A stretch of 64,000 nucleotides of DNA, taken from assembly GCA_038496445.1 (NCBI GenBank), contig JALMLS010000281.1, positions 1 to 64,000 of the forward strand, read 5' to 3'. The notes under the pieces are model-generated. The model searched no databases and was not told the DNA's origin. It worked only from the letters and a program-made list of their open reading frames with translations. The position numbers and the translations under genes were made by a program. The first letter of the stretch is position 1. The number at the start of each line of letters is the position of its first letter. The DNA is from Trichosphaerium sp. ATCC 40318 (Eukaryota > Protista > Tubulinea). Positions 52,490 to 64,000 of this stretch are shown here, piece after piece.

Positions 52490-53000
52490 TTTAGTACTCT
52501 ACTGTAATGCCAGATGATTTCAGCGATAGCTTCATAATATTTGTTCACAGCCCAAAAAGATGATGGTACAAGCTCCTTTTTTGCGCGATTTAATGCCTTT
52601 GTCAGTAGCATTATTGCAGTGGCTAATGTTAATATATAACACCTTTTATTGCTTTTATACCATTGTCAAATTCTGAGGTACTTCCTAGGCGGATATGATG
52701 AACACCCTTTAGCACCTTAATACCTGAGAAGTTCATAATTGTGGTCAACAAGAAAAGAAAATCGCGCTACGCTCTGGTACACGCATACACAATTAAGGCG
52801 CCTTGTTAGTACCCTTTCTGCCCTTTATAATAATATCCTGTTGACAACAAACACTTAGAAAAGTAACTCGTAAACATGTGCGCGGTAGCGTAATTTACAA
52901 TACAACATAGAGACTGGCAAAGTTGAAAAGCGGATGGTTTGGTGAAGAGTACTTTAGGATTACAAATGGTAAAGATTTTTATCAATAACTCATTCCGTTT
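52490..53000 (-). pseudogene. Decayed F-box/LRR family member
   Basis: Frameshifted remnants ELLIKIF...CQSL (F-box-like), GIKVLKGVHHIRL...NGIKAIKGV, INISHCNNATDKGIKS; stops and frameshifts present. Confidence 0.65.
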
Positions 53001-53028
53001 TTTATTATGACCCACGTGGAGTTTATTA

Positions 53029-53277
53029 TTACTTGTACTTGAGGTACAAGATTCTCTTGTTCTGGTAGCGAATCCAAACAAAGCTTTTGAGGCCGTTACA
53101 ATGTTCAATATCTGGATTAACAAGTACTGTCCATGAAGTATCGCCCCACATCTCTTTGCCAATCTTTATCAGGTTGTCTCTGTTGAAAGGAAGGTGTTCA
53201 AGCTTAAACAAAAATTTATCCCTCTCATCTGCGCCCATACCATGTTCGCTTTCTGCTATCGCACGGTCGGAGCTCAT
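53029..53277 (-). CDS. Small intronless protein, possibly a divergent dynein light chain LC8-like fold
   Basis: 82-aa ORF; KEMWGDTSWTVLV...SFVWIRYQNKRILYLK parallels the LC8 pattern KKY.PTWHCIV...FIYFY.GQVAILLFK. Confidence 0.4.
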   Translation of the reverse strand: MSSDRAIAESEHGMGADERDKFLFKLEHLPFNRDNLIKIGKEMWGDTSWTVLVNPDIEHCNGLKSFVWIRYQNKRILYLKYK

Positions 53278-53616
53278 TCTTATTGTATGGTTGGTTAGGC
53301 GGTAATGTTAGTCAAACTCTTTCACATAGGAACTGTCGTGAGAACTCAAGAAAAAATAGTCTGCGTACTATGTGGCATTACTTGTATGATGGAGTTAGTG
53401 TTGCTCTTTATGATACTGTACAGGTGGTTCACAGTCAATGACAACATGAAATACATACACGTGACTTGTGAAGCACAAAAAGTTGGGAAGAAGAACAAAG
53501 TTGTATTTAGATACCAACAATGTTAGGACTTCTTTTGAGCAGCTTATCTTTAAGTTGGCAAATAGCAGAAATAGAAGCGTTTGTCATTATGTAATCTTTA
53601 TCCTCAATACCACGAA

Positions 53617-53952
53617 TTAAATTGGCAACAATATCAAACCGTAGGATAAGCCATCATCGCATGAAACATTGTACTCGTTAATATGGGAAAAGTATGCTGT
53701 AGACAAGTTCCAGTTGATAGTATCACTTACGAAGTAGAGTACTTCTCTTTCTGGTCCACCAATAGCTGAACAAGTGATGGGTTGTCGTAGAGTAGCTTGG
53801 TAGAATGCTTCACAGTCTGGGTGAGGCGATTTAAGGTCATAAAAGCGATATAGAGACGCTGGCTTTTGCCACCACGTGTTTATCATAAACGACTGGGAAA
53901 GTACAACACATATAGCAAGAATGCAAAGAAACCCGCAGGAACTGTTGTTCAT
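53617..53952 (-). CDS. Small intronless secreted protein
   Basis: 111-aa ATG-initiated ORF with a signal peptide (GFLCILAICVVLSQS) and spaced cysteines. Confidence 0.55.
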   Translation of the reverse strand: MNNSSCGFLCILAICVVLSQSFMINTWWQKPASLYRFYDLKSPHPDCEAFYQATLRQPITCSAIGGPEREVLYFVSDTINWNLSTAYFSHINEYNVSCDDGLSYGLILLPI

Positions 53953-54170
53953 GTTGAGTTCCTATTTATTGAACATTTTGAGGGTTTTTAAAGTAAAAGA
54001 AAGTCAACTGAAACTTCATAATTTTGGACAGAAGTCTTTATTCTTTGCTTGTGTCCGTTTTATAGTACAGTTTCTTGTAAACATTGTTTTAAAACAATCA
54101 ATACTTTGGTCACCAAAATCAAAACTTGTCAGCACTGCATTCATCCTATCTTTACACGAACGGTTTATTT

Positions 54171-57100
54171 TCACTCATCCATTTTTTCTTTTTTACCCTT
54201 TTTTCTAGCTTTGAGAGTCTTTTTTGGCTTAGCTTTTGACCATTGCTTTGAGCCCTCTGAGAAATTACCTTCAGATTTATCTTTTACATCACCTCTCCTT
54301 GGCCTTGCACTTTGTGAATCAAAATTGTGCTCAGATTGACGTCCTTCATAACCACCACGGTTACCTTCTCTGTAACCTCCACGATCTTCATTAAAACGTC
54401 CACCACGTCCACCACGACCTCCACGGCCTCCGCGACCTCCACGACCTCCACGGCCTCCACGGCTTCCTCCATCACGTTGGTAGTCACCTCCGTCATTACC
54501 TCTTCTACCTTCATAATTATTGTAGGCTTGTCTATCTTCATAATCACCACGACCATAACCTTCTCTTCTATTACCACCATCTCTGGACTCTCTACCATAA
54601 TTTCCACGACCTCTTCGATCTCCGCCATCTCTAGAATCTCTTCCGTAACCTCCACGGCCTCCACGGCCACCACGACCTCCTCGACCTCTACTGGCTCTAT
54701 AGCTACCTTGGTTATCACCATAAGCTCCATATTCATCATCTCTGTCGTTGATTCTTTCCTCATAAGCACCAGCTTCTCCTTCACCATAGTTTTGGACTTG
54801 TCTCTCATCTCCATAGTCACTTCTCCTATCATTTCTACCGCCACGGTTTCCTCCACGGCCTCCACGGCCTCCACGACCTCCTCTATTACCGCCACGGCTT
54901 CCTCTGTCAGCATGATATCCATCGTGGTACCTTTCACGACCATATCGAGAGTCTGGGCCTGAGCGCTGGCGAGCACGGTCGTGGTAGTCAGGTGTCTCCA
55001 TTGTGCCATCTAGTTGCTCAGTGATAAGTTTCATTTCAACACTAGAGTCATCTTGTTTCTTTGGCTTTGGCTCAGGTGGTCTACTTTTAACCTCGTCATC
55101 TTCATCTGATGATAGTCTTTGAGTGGTAATTACCACCTGAGATAAATCTTGTCCAAGCCGAATTGATTCCTAAAAGGAAGATTAACAGTCACTCAATGCG
55201 TGGCACGTGATTTTAATGGTTTGTTTTCAAGGTCAAGTATGAATTTTTTGGTTTGTTGGTTTGTTTAGTTCGTACCTGAATTGCAGTGGCTAGAGGTCTA
55301 TCCCTCTTACTTATTAATGCTGTTATCCTTCCAGGTTTACCAGCACGGCCAGTACGACCAATACGGTGAATGTAATCAATGGAATTTTTAGGGAAATCAA
55401 ACAATACTACATGTTCAACCTGAAAAGGATGTCAGATATGAATTAGAAAGAAATAAAATATTTTGTTTTCTCGCTTGATAATAGCTTAATTCTTGCCTAT
55501 TTTACCATAAAACACATACATGGTGTTTGCATAATAATAGAAAAATCACAAGAAATTTATGTAGTGCTTGTCGTGCACGTGAAAAGGCGAAAAAATAACC
55601 GAAAAAAAATTAAATCAAAATGAAGGGTAGCGTACATTGTCAAAATGCATGCCTCTTGCAGCCAAGTCGGTACATACTACAACTCTAACATCTTCATCGC
55701 TTACAAACTTTTTATAGTTCTTGACACGCCTTTTTGGTGGAATTTCACCGTGAAGACTCACTGTATTATATCCGCTTTCGTTCAAGAAATGATCAGTTGA
55801 ACGAGCGCTAAACAGAACGTTTAGTATAATCAAGAACCGCGCGGGATAATGCAAATAAAGCCGTGAACGCACCTCGCTACTGTGTTACAAAATATAACTA
55901 ATTTACCAACTTCAATATCTTCGACAACACACTTCAATAATTCAGCTTTGAAGAAAAAAGTTAATTAAGTGTTAGTGCTATTTGTCTTTTCGTACCGTGT
56001 TTGTTGCCTTGTACTGGGATAAATTCGTGAGCTAATGTAGTCGTTACTGTATGAAGCATAGGAGTCATGACTTTCTCAACAGGATCCTTGGGAGGCGTTA
56101 GTGGTGTGAAAAGCTTGTACATGTTGATGATTTTGTTGCAAATGATGGTTCAAAGAGAAACAAGAATTAATTAAAAAGTATTTACCCTTATGCTTTCGGA
56201 AATGAATTTCATAAGATCAGGAGTCAAGGTAGCACCAACAAAGATAAGTTGAGCGTCAAAATCCTTATCTTCTTCGTATTTCTAAAACAAAGTGTCAAAT
56301 CTCTTAAAAACACAATAATTAGCTAATATTGACTCTCTTGGCGCTGCGATAGGTAAATAATAGTATCAAATGATAACGTGCAATTTACCTTAATCAAGAA
56401 GTCGCGTCGATTTGCAAGATAAAAGCTTTCAGAAGAAAAAAAAACAAAAGAAAATTGTATTCTCATGTTTTTGGACGTACAGCAACGGCAGCCACAACAT
56501 CAAGTGTCTCGTTAGAGAAAGTAGGTGAGAACAAAGTATCAGCTTCATCAATGATAAGGTGTTTGGCTTCAGCTAAATTCAGATTGCCTACAAAAGGTTA
56601 GAATCAGTTGTTTGATTAAATCAAAATGACTTGTTTTTCAAGTCAATCATTTTATTCCTACCTGCTTCGTGATGCTTCTTTAGACCTGCAGGTGTTCCAA
56701 TAGCAATATCAATAAGGCCGTCAAATTTAGACACTTGACTTTTTGTCTTAACCTGGCCTGATACAGTGCATGAAGTCAATTTAATGTGATGCGCAAGATG
56801 TTTTGTTGTGCCCTTGAAAATGATCAGTAGCTGTCTATCTACAGAAACAACATAGAAAAGAAAAACAACGTACGATCACTTGATCGACTAGTTCTCTTGT
56901 AGGTAACATAACAACAGCACGAGGTTTTTTTGGCACTCTTTCTATTGTTCCTTCATTCTCCTCCTTTTTAAGCGCTTGCATCACTGGAATAAGGTACGAC
57001 AATGTTTTACCGGTGCCTGGATTGAGGGAATTAGCGAATTGAACATTTTAAAAGATTCTGGATAAGAATCGCGCTACTGAGAAAGACAGTCGCTCATAAT

Positions 57101-57583
57101 AACGACGAACGCAGCGTAAAGAGATTTTGGCGTGGTTATCACGTAAAAACAGGCAAAAGTGAGTTCGCAGCTAAAACCGATGTTTTACGTGCCTGTTTGG
57201 TCTGCTACAAGCGTGTGCTGACCAGCTGCGATTTTTGGGATGGCTTCTTCCTAATAATCGTATGAGTAATATTCTACGCTAGAACTAACGCGTGCTTGTA
57301 TTTTTGTTGGTTTCTTGATATTTAGTTGAGACAAACCTTCAATAACTTCTGCAGAAGCTCCAATATCGGCAAACGTCTTACTACCAAAGATGATAGGGCT
57401 ATTATCACCAGTTATACTTGTTTTTTCTGGTTGAGCGTAGGCTCTTGTCTGAACCCTCCCCTGTAACGTTTAGAGCGCTAATAACACGTAAAAACGCACT
57501 TTTATAGCCGTAGATGTGCGTTTTGCTACAAACCTACGCTGAACAGCTCGATGCCCACGTAATTGCGAGAATCTGCGTAGCAT
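54171..57583 (-). CDS. Mitochondrion-targeted DEAD-box RNA helicase with long RGG-rich C-terminal tail
   Basis: Arg-rich, acid-free N-terminus [18 protein letters not shown]; Q motif [47 protein letters not shown]; two GC-AG introns. Confidence 0.92.
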
Positions 57584-57824
57584 TTGCAAAGATGTAATGT
57601 ACTGACGAACAAAATAGCGTGCAGCAAAAAACAGTCAAGTACATTCTACTCCGAGTTTTTAATCTGTGAGCTCAAATACCTTTGTACCAACACTTGTTCG
57701 CCTGAGACTGACACCAGCCATTAACGGGGTAAGCCACTACCCACAAATATATTTTACATGTTCATTTGTACAACCTTTTTACATTTTTTTTTTCTTTCAG
57801 CCGGTGTTTCGAGCTATAAAATTG

Positions 57825-60221
57825 TCACTGCTTGCTTCCACGTTGTCCGTTTAGCCCTGTAGATGTAGGACCTGTAGTGCCACTTACTATTTTTACTCTA
57901 GAAGGATCGCTGAGTCTAGGATAGTTCTTTGCTGGTACAGGAGGCTTTCCACCTACAAATGACTTTCTTGAAGGTACTGTTGGAGGATGTGCTGGAAAAG
58001 GCCCCAAGCGTCCCAATAGCGCCACACTGCTAACTGATCTCGGTCGTACCCTTGGGTGGTGTATACTATTTTTTATAATATTTGCGAGGTGTTGTGGACA
58101 AGGTCTATCTCCTGCTCTGGCTGGATTGGAGGCAGTCAGTTTTCTTTTCGGAATATAGCCAAATACGCCTTCGGACTGACTTCTATGTAAGTTTGCCGGT
58201 GGAGGAGGATTCAAAGCTATACGTGGATAAGTGTCACGTGATAAAAATAACAAATCTAATCTACTTTCTAACTGTCTCCGATTTTATCTCCCTTACGGCG
58301 GTACAAAGTAGCTAACAGCCTCGTACTTGTATAACTTTTAGCCCATTCTCTACCACGTCCAGTATTAATAAATTTCCTGTTTGGCCAATTGGAACTATGA
58401 GAGTATTTCTCGTTTCCTACCAAAGGTTTAGGGAAGTTGGTTTTTTTTAAATTGAAAATAAACTTGAGCGGAAAATAGTTATTTTTAAAAACTACAGTGT
58501 CGTAAAATACCATTGGTATGGCTGCCAAAACGCTTTGGTTCAGAGTTATTCAAATTGAATTTTTTTGTTGAACTACACATAAAGCTAAAAATACAGGCAC
58601 GTGTTGTTTGTTTTATCTACCAACAAAAAAAGACCACTTTGATTATTTTGAAAAAAACCCAAAAAAAGACTTGATACCTAAAGAGAGCATGGCGAATATT
58701 TTCACAAAAACACGTACGTTGTAGCAACTGTAATATTTTTTCTTTTGTATCCTGTGTAACATGACTATTGCCATTTAATGTTATTTTTTTCAATCCGAAA
58801 TTTTCTTCCATTGACTGTATCACAAGTTCTATTCCTTTACTAGATATCTTATTACTGTGTAAATATAGGTGGCTTATACTCCCAGAACTTTTTAACCATG
58901 GTATCATCCATACAACGCCCTATAATGGGAAAAAATTAAACTTTCCATTTAAAAAAAAGTCCTAAAATGAACTAAAAACGTTTCCAACGTCAAAGAAAAA
59001 CACACGCAGTGTACAGATTTAGTTGCTTAAAATAGCCCAATACAGTCTAATGTGGTTTCTCGATACAAGATCGCGACATACGTATCACGTGACTCTTGTA
59101 CCTTTTTCTCAAAAAAAACAGCCAAATAAAAGAAAAAAAACAAATTGGCGTCTGCTCTTGTGTGATGTTTTGGTGGTTTTTCTACGTACTTCATCAGTGA
59201 TTTTATTGTATGACAAGTCTAGTGTGACTATTTGTGCTTTAGACTCACTCAACCCCTCAAAAAGAACCTTACAACCTATAGTCACGTGTCAAAATCGCAG
59301 AGTTTGGAGTGATAAAAAAAAAAACTGCGTGTATTAAATTGTAACAACGTTCCATACCTTCACCAGTTAGGTCGTTACCACCCAAGTCAAGACATGTAAC
59401 AGATGTATTATTCTTTAACGCCGTAACCAGAAGGTCCATATTTTCAGCACAGAGACCAGCACAACCAACAGATAACCCTAGTTAGCACTTATGAGTATAA
59501 CCCAGTTTTGAACATGTACTAACAACGACAAAAAGGCGTTACAACGCCGTGAATATTGATACAATATGCACATATACGTACGTGAGATGTTTTGACGCGA
59601 TAGAATCTGTGTTAGAATTATACTCTTCCGTTTTGTAAAGGTTTCCCAGCTGAGATCTAACTCAAGGTTTTTACATCGCATTTTATGTAGCTCTTGTTTG
59701 CTCAGAAAAAGAATGACGAAGTAAGCAAGCTACAATTGACTAAGGAATACAGAAACGCATTGGTACGGACAGTAATACCATATCCGAACACGTGCCTGCT
59801 CTTTAAAAAACGTGCCTGTTGGTTGCTCGAGTACTTTTTTACAATCGGTGCTATCTGCTTTTTACTCATTGCTAAGAATACGCCTATGCTTTACTATACG
59901 CTTTGCGATCTTAAAGTGGAAGTAGTTTAACTATGAAGGAACAAGATTGGTAACTTGCGAAGCACGGAAAGTTGGCGGAAAACGGCAACACTCATTTGGA
60001 GCACTGATGTCTGCAGACTCACGTGTGGGAATACCAACATCCAATTAATCTTTGATGTTTCGGCGCTAGTGAATTGTATTCCGTACTTGTCACGGCCATG
60101 GCTACAAACCGTTACTTTGCTTTGTTGCTGTTTCGTTTCACAAGTAGAAACTGTATATTGCATTAGAAATACAAGTAACCAAGGAATCTTTCTCAAATGT
60201 TAAACTACAATCTTCTTTCAT
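57825..60221 (-). CDS. RNI-like (NLRC3-type) leucine-rich repeat protein with Pro-rich C-terminus
   Basis: Exons ALKNNTSVTCLDLGGNDLTGEG, IVTLDLSYNKITDE, ISHLYLHSNKISSKG, LKKITLNGN; tail GKPPVPAKNYP. Both ends approximate. Confidence 0.7.
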
Positions 60222-60659
60222 GCAATTCTCAACGAGCCAACACGTGTAACTATCCTTTGCTTACATAAACGGCGAAGGCATTGCGTTGAACGCTTGACGC
60301 GCCTGGTTTTTTAACTACACAAGCTACAAGTGAAATGCGCGCTCGTCAATGTATCGCACCACTTACTAGTATGCGTCTCAGAGCGTAAGCGGCATTAGGT
60401 TATACTTTCAACTACATGACACTAAGCTGTTAAACAACGTATCTACGCCCGGATATTAGTATGTAGTAGTCCTTGGAAGGTCGAATTACGTTTTGTTTTA
60501 CACAAAAGATCCGAAAACGTACCCAATGCAACAATACACAGTACGGTGGAGCGAACTATTTAGCGTACGATTTGTGAACAGCATTGACGCAAAAAAAACG
60601 ACACAAATTTAATATTTTTTTGGTACATTTGTAGTCAGTAATTCAACGAGCACGCCGGC

Positions 60660-63312
60660 ATGGAGCCAGTGAAAGGCGCTGAAGAGCAGCTATGCCCTGT
60701 TTGCAATATAATCAAAACGAAGTATTACCACCTTGAATGCAAACACATGGTATGCGAAACATGCCTAGATAATCTAGTTAGCGGAAAATCGAAGCGCCAT
60801 ACAATTGGTTTCTTGATGTGTCCTGTTTGCTCCCAAGTAACCGATCTGAAACCGGCAGAAGGTTTTGAAAATAATAGCGGCGCAAACCTCTCAAAAGTGC
60901 AAGAACTAAAGGAAAAAGTACAAATGATCGATGAATTTGTACAAGTATCAGAGGAAGGACACGCGAGCGGTGATGATTCTGTAAGCGATGACTTGGTCGC
61001 TTTTTAACGTTAATTTAATGCGTAGGATGATTCAATAAGTATTTCGTTTGAAGGCAGTGACAGTGAGGAAAACGTGGAACAAAAGCCTATGGGTAGACGC
61101 GCAAAGCTTCTGTCATCGTTAGCGTCGTCAATGGGAGCCTCACCTGACAACACAGCAAAAAAGCCAAAATCACCCAGAGCAAACGCTACTGTGGATGAAC
61201 CGATACCCAATGATTATCGCGTACAAGTACGGCTACTTTACGCTGAAGGTGTTTGTACGTAGCACGTGAAATTTTCAACAAAAAACCGAATTATTTATTC
61301 GTTACAGCATCACTACATGGCTCTGTATTTGCTCAATTAGATATTGGCCATGTTTATTGTTGGAATGGGCAGATATATAACTCTAAAGTAAGTACTCAAG
61401 GGTAGTATTTTCTATATCATACTCAAAGTTGCTCAGACCGTTACTGTACAACGAGCAAAGCCAACAGAATGGGATGAGATGGTTGTTATCAACATGAGGT
61501 AGGTTTTCTTCGCATAATTTGAAAAACGACTTTCCCATCAATTGAGGACCACCAGCAAGCTATTGCATGGTGCATTATCTTTTTTTCTGTTTTTTTGGAC
61601 GTTGTCGTAATCATTGTAGATCACCACAAAAGGATAGATTACGCGTACGTTTGCGTGCTCAACCAATTGTAGGGCGTGTACCCAAGATTGTACGTACTGA
61701 TTTTTTTTTTTTGACAAACTACAAGTTGTTTGCGCTTACTTTGTGGGACACAGATTGGAGAGGGTTCTTACCCTTGTGCTCAATTACCTGAGGGCCAAGA
61801 AGTTCAAGTTTTTGTACCACTTTACCACAAACGTAGGGAAAAGTACGTTACAATATATAGACGGTTTGCTTTAAATTGTCTTGGGGTCAATTCCAAAAAT
61901 TTGGGAATAGCTTTTAGGCGTCAACGTTATAACGTTTTTTCTCACTATTAATGCAGGGGTGGCGTTTTCTTGGGTCTCACAGCATTTGGTTTTGGTACGT
62001 AGCCTCAATTATTTTCATTGAATAACTAAGGCCTCAGGACTACCCGTTGAAGCGTTTATTCGCTCTCCAAAGCCAGCACGGCGACAACGTAGAAATGTAG
62101 CCGAAGACGAACCTCCTAAGAACAGTGCCCATCTAAACGGTGGAGATTCGGATGTATGCCGTTTGCTTTAGTGCAACTATTTATCAAGGCATTACTTTTT
62201 TTTTTCAACTGACCCTTTTTTGACAAAAAAAAATTATATACGCTATGTTCGTAATTTTAATATCTACTGTGTTGTTTCTGACGTACACAATAAGGGCTAC
62301 GCGTTAATTAGAAATGGAACCACACCTAAACCTAAAGGGGGGAGCACATGGCGAAATGGATCAATAAACGGCATAACAAAGGATTACGAGACTCCTAAAG
62401 GATACGAGTCACCCAAAGAGTATGATGAAGCGACAAGCTTGGTGTTAGGGTAGTTTTGTTTTTTTTTGTTTGTTTACATTTTTGTGAGAAAATTTTATTA
62501 CATCGCAAAAACGAACGAACAACACCATAAGGAACGCACCTAAATTTTTGGTGGCGGTCTACTTTTTTTTTTGGGGTTAGGGGCATTATTCCAAATACAT
62601 TTTTATCTCATTACAAGCAACCGTAACGTGATTTAGCGCGTTTTTTTTATCTTTTTTTGAACCAAAATTTTTTTCGGATAGTTTTTTGCTTTTACTCGGA
62701 GCTTTACCCAACCTTATTGTTTCTTTTTATCTAGACAAACTGACATTGAGCAACAGCCTCTCTTTATTGGTAATCTTCAGAACGAGCAGCAGAATTATGT
62801 ACATGCTTTCTGGGGACCTGTGTACTCTGTTATTCTACCAAGCCTCGTTTTAAGTGTTGTTACACCGGAGTACTTTCGTGGGTGTAAAAGATTTCTTTGT
62901 AGCTTTGCTTTTTATCTACTTGCAATCCTTTGGATTCCAACTCTTATCTTGGCTCCTTTTGTTGGTTTTGTGATGGATCTACTACAAATTATTGCTTGGC
63001 TACTCTCATGTGGATTTTCATCTAGTCGATGGTCGTTTGATGTACGTCAAAAAGTGATTTATGAAGGCCACAAAATTGGACGTAAATCTTTGATGTTTTC
63101 TTTGAAAATCTCCTGCTTGTTGACTTTTTTTTTGACTTTTTTTTATTGAGTTGGTAATCGTTTATTTGTACTCATTTTTTTCAAAGGTTACTGTTGAAGC
63201 AACGTGTGATTTTGCGGCGTTTAAAGTACTTCTTGCAATTTTATTTTTCCCTATCGCAGTGCCTTGGTTGTTGTATCATTGCTTATGTGCTAAACGAACA
63301 AATGCTATTTGA
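60660..63312 (+). CDS. RING-finger + C2 domain + C-terminal transmembrane protein
   Basis: RING CPVC..ECKHMVCETC..CPVC; C2-like YRVQVRLLYAE..PTEWDEMV..IGEGSY..LGLTAFGFG; hydrophobic exons at 62820-63312. Confidence 0.75.
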
Positions 63313-63515
63313 AAGAGAAACACTGTAATTTTACAACTACCCCCCGCCCTTTTTTTTTGGTACAACTCATGTGTTGTCATGTACATAATGTAAAGAAAAA
63401 CTGACTTAAAAAAAATATTTTGTCTTTTTGACAACTAATCGCTCTCTGACTAACTGTTATTTTGTTTTCTGTATCTTACGGTTAATTTATTAACGACCTA
63501 CAAATCTATCTCACC

Positions 63516-64000
63516 TTACAACTCATCTGTTACTACACCTGCTGCTTTTATGTCGGCATTTCCTAATGATTCTATTCCTTTTTTAGTCACGCTCATACAG
63601 TATCCAATGTTGATTTTATGTACACCAGCCAATGCTTGAATGCCTTCATCTGTTACTCCTGATAGTGAATTGAACAGATTAATTGAATGTACACCTGCTA
63701 ATACTCTAAGGCATTCATCATTGACCTGAATACATCCAACAAGTGACACTTCTCTAACTCCAGAAATTTCTTTAAACCCATTGATTGTAAGTCTCCAGCA
63801 ATTATCAAGATTTATATATTTAACTCCATTTAGTTCCTTCAAGTGTTTGTCTCTCAGGTCAAGGTGGGAGCAGTTGATTTTAGTGTACCTCAACAAACCT
63901 TTGTATTTACCAATTATAGGTATATCTGAGAGTGATTTTGGCTTTATTGAAACATAACCAACATGTTGGTGAATGACACTTGACAATCCACGGCTCGTTT
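63516..64000 (-). CDS. Intronless F-box/LRR family protein (5' end outside the window)
   Basis: VIHQHVGY motif shared with the paralogs (HNHVGY, HDVVGY) and VTDEGIQALAGVH repeats. Confidence 0.85.
   Translation of the reverse strand, partial: TSRGLSSVIHQHVGYVSIKPKSLSDIPIIGKYKGLLRYTKINCSHLDLRDKHLKELNGVKYINLDNCWRLTINGFKEISGVREVSLVGCIQVNDECLRVLAGVHSINLFNSLSGVTDEGIQALAGVHKINIGYCMSVTKKGIESLGNADIKAAGVVTDEL

Noticed and set aside
54284-55009. Long overlapping ORFs (54284-55009 minus, 54327-54962 plus)
   Set aside because: Shadow frames of the repetitive RGG-coding exon of the helicase.
57017-57192. Intronic structured RNA or introner (CAGGCAC direct repeat at both junctions, internal hairpin)
   Set aside because: No clear snoRNA boxes and no second copy in the window; the repeat is largely explained by splice-site consensus.
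1-64000. Possible alternative genetic code (many short ORFs; no modelled gene ends in TAG)
   Set aside because: In-frame stops fall inside GT/GC-AG introns, and long exons and intronless genes contain no internal TAG, TAA or TGA. TAG is simply rare.

Overview
AT-rich (roughly 35% GC by eye), gene-dense, intron-rich eukaryotic nuclear DNA, most likely from a free-living protist; the lineage cannot be fixed from this window. The genetic code is standard. Introns are mostly 35-270 nt, with GTACGT/GTAAGT-type donors and CTAAC/CTGAC-like branch points. About 25 genes can be assembled by hand: an EF-hand/coiled-coil protein, a tandem-domain RasGAP, GINS4/SLD5, a serpin, three intronless F-box/LRR genes plus a decayed fourth, an ADI1-TXNDC17 fusion, a nucleotide-sugar transporter, a bacterial-type surface protein, a CUE-calpain-7-like protease, an atypical Rho, a LamG membrane protein, MARCHF6, a TPR protein, an REase+kinase (Crinkler/CR-type) effector, a mitochondrial DEAD-box helicase, an RNI-like LRR protein and a RING-C2-TM protein. 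The 32.4-43.9 kb region is a complex tandem duplication. It holds a 1.18-kb fully palindromic foldback element with its empty site in the sister copy, a templated inverted patch, and one junction that is probably an assembly artefact. Two window-wide signals stand out: about 50 CACGTG boxes concentrated in introns and intergenic DNA, and up to six GC-AG introns (four well fixed by conserved motifs). Some single-base indels look like consensus errors, so frameshift calls are tentative. All gene models are manual and unverified by RNA data.
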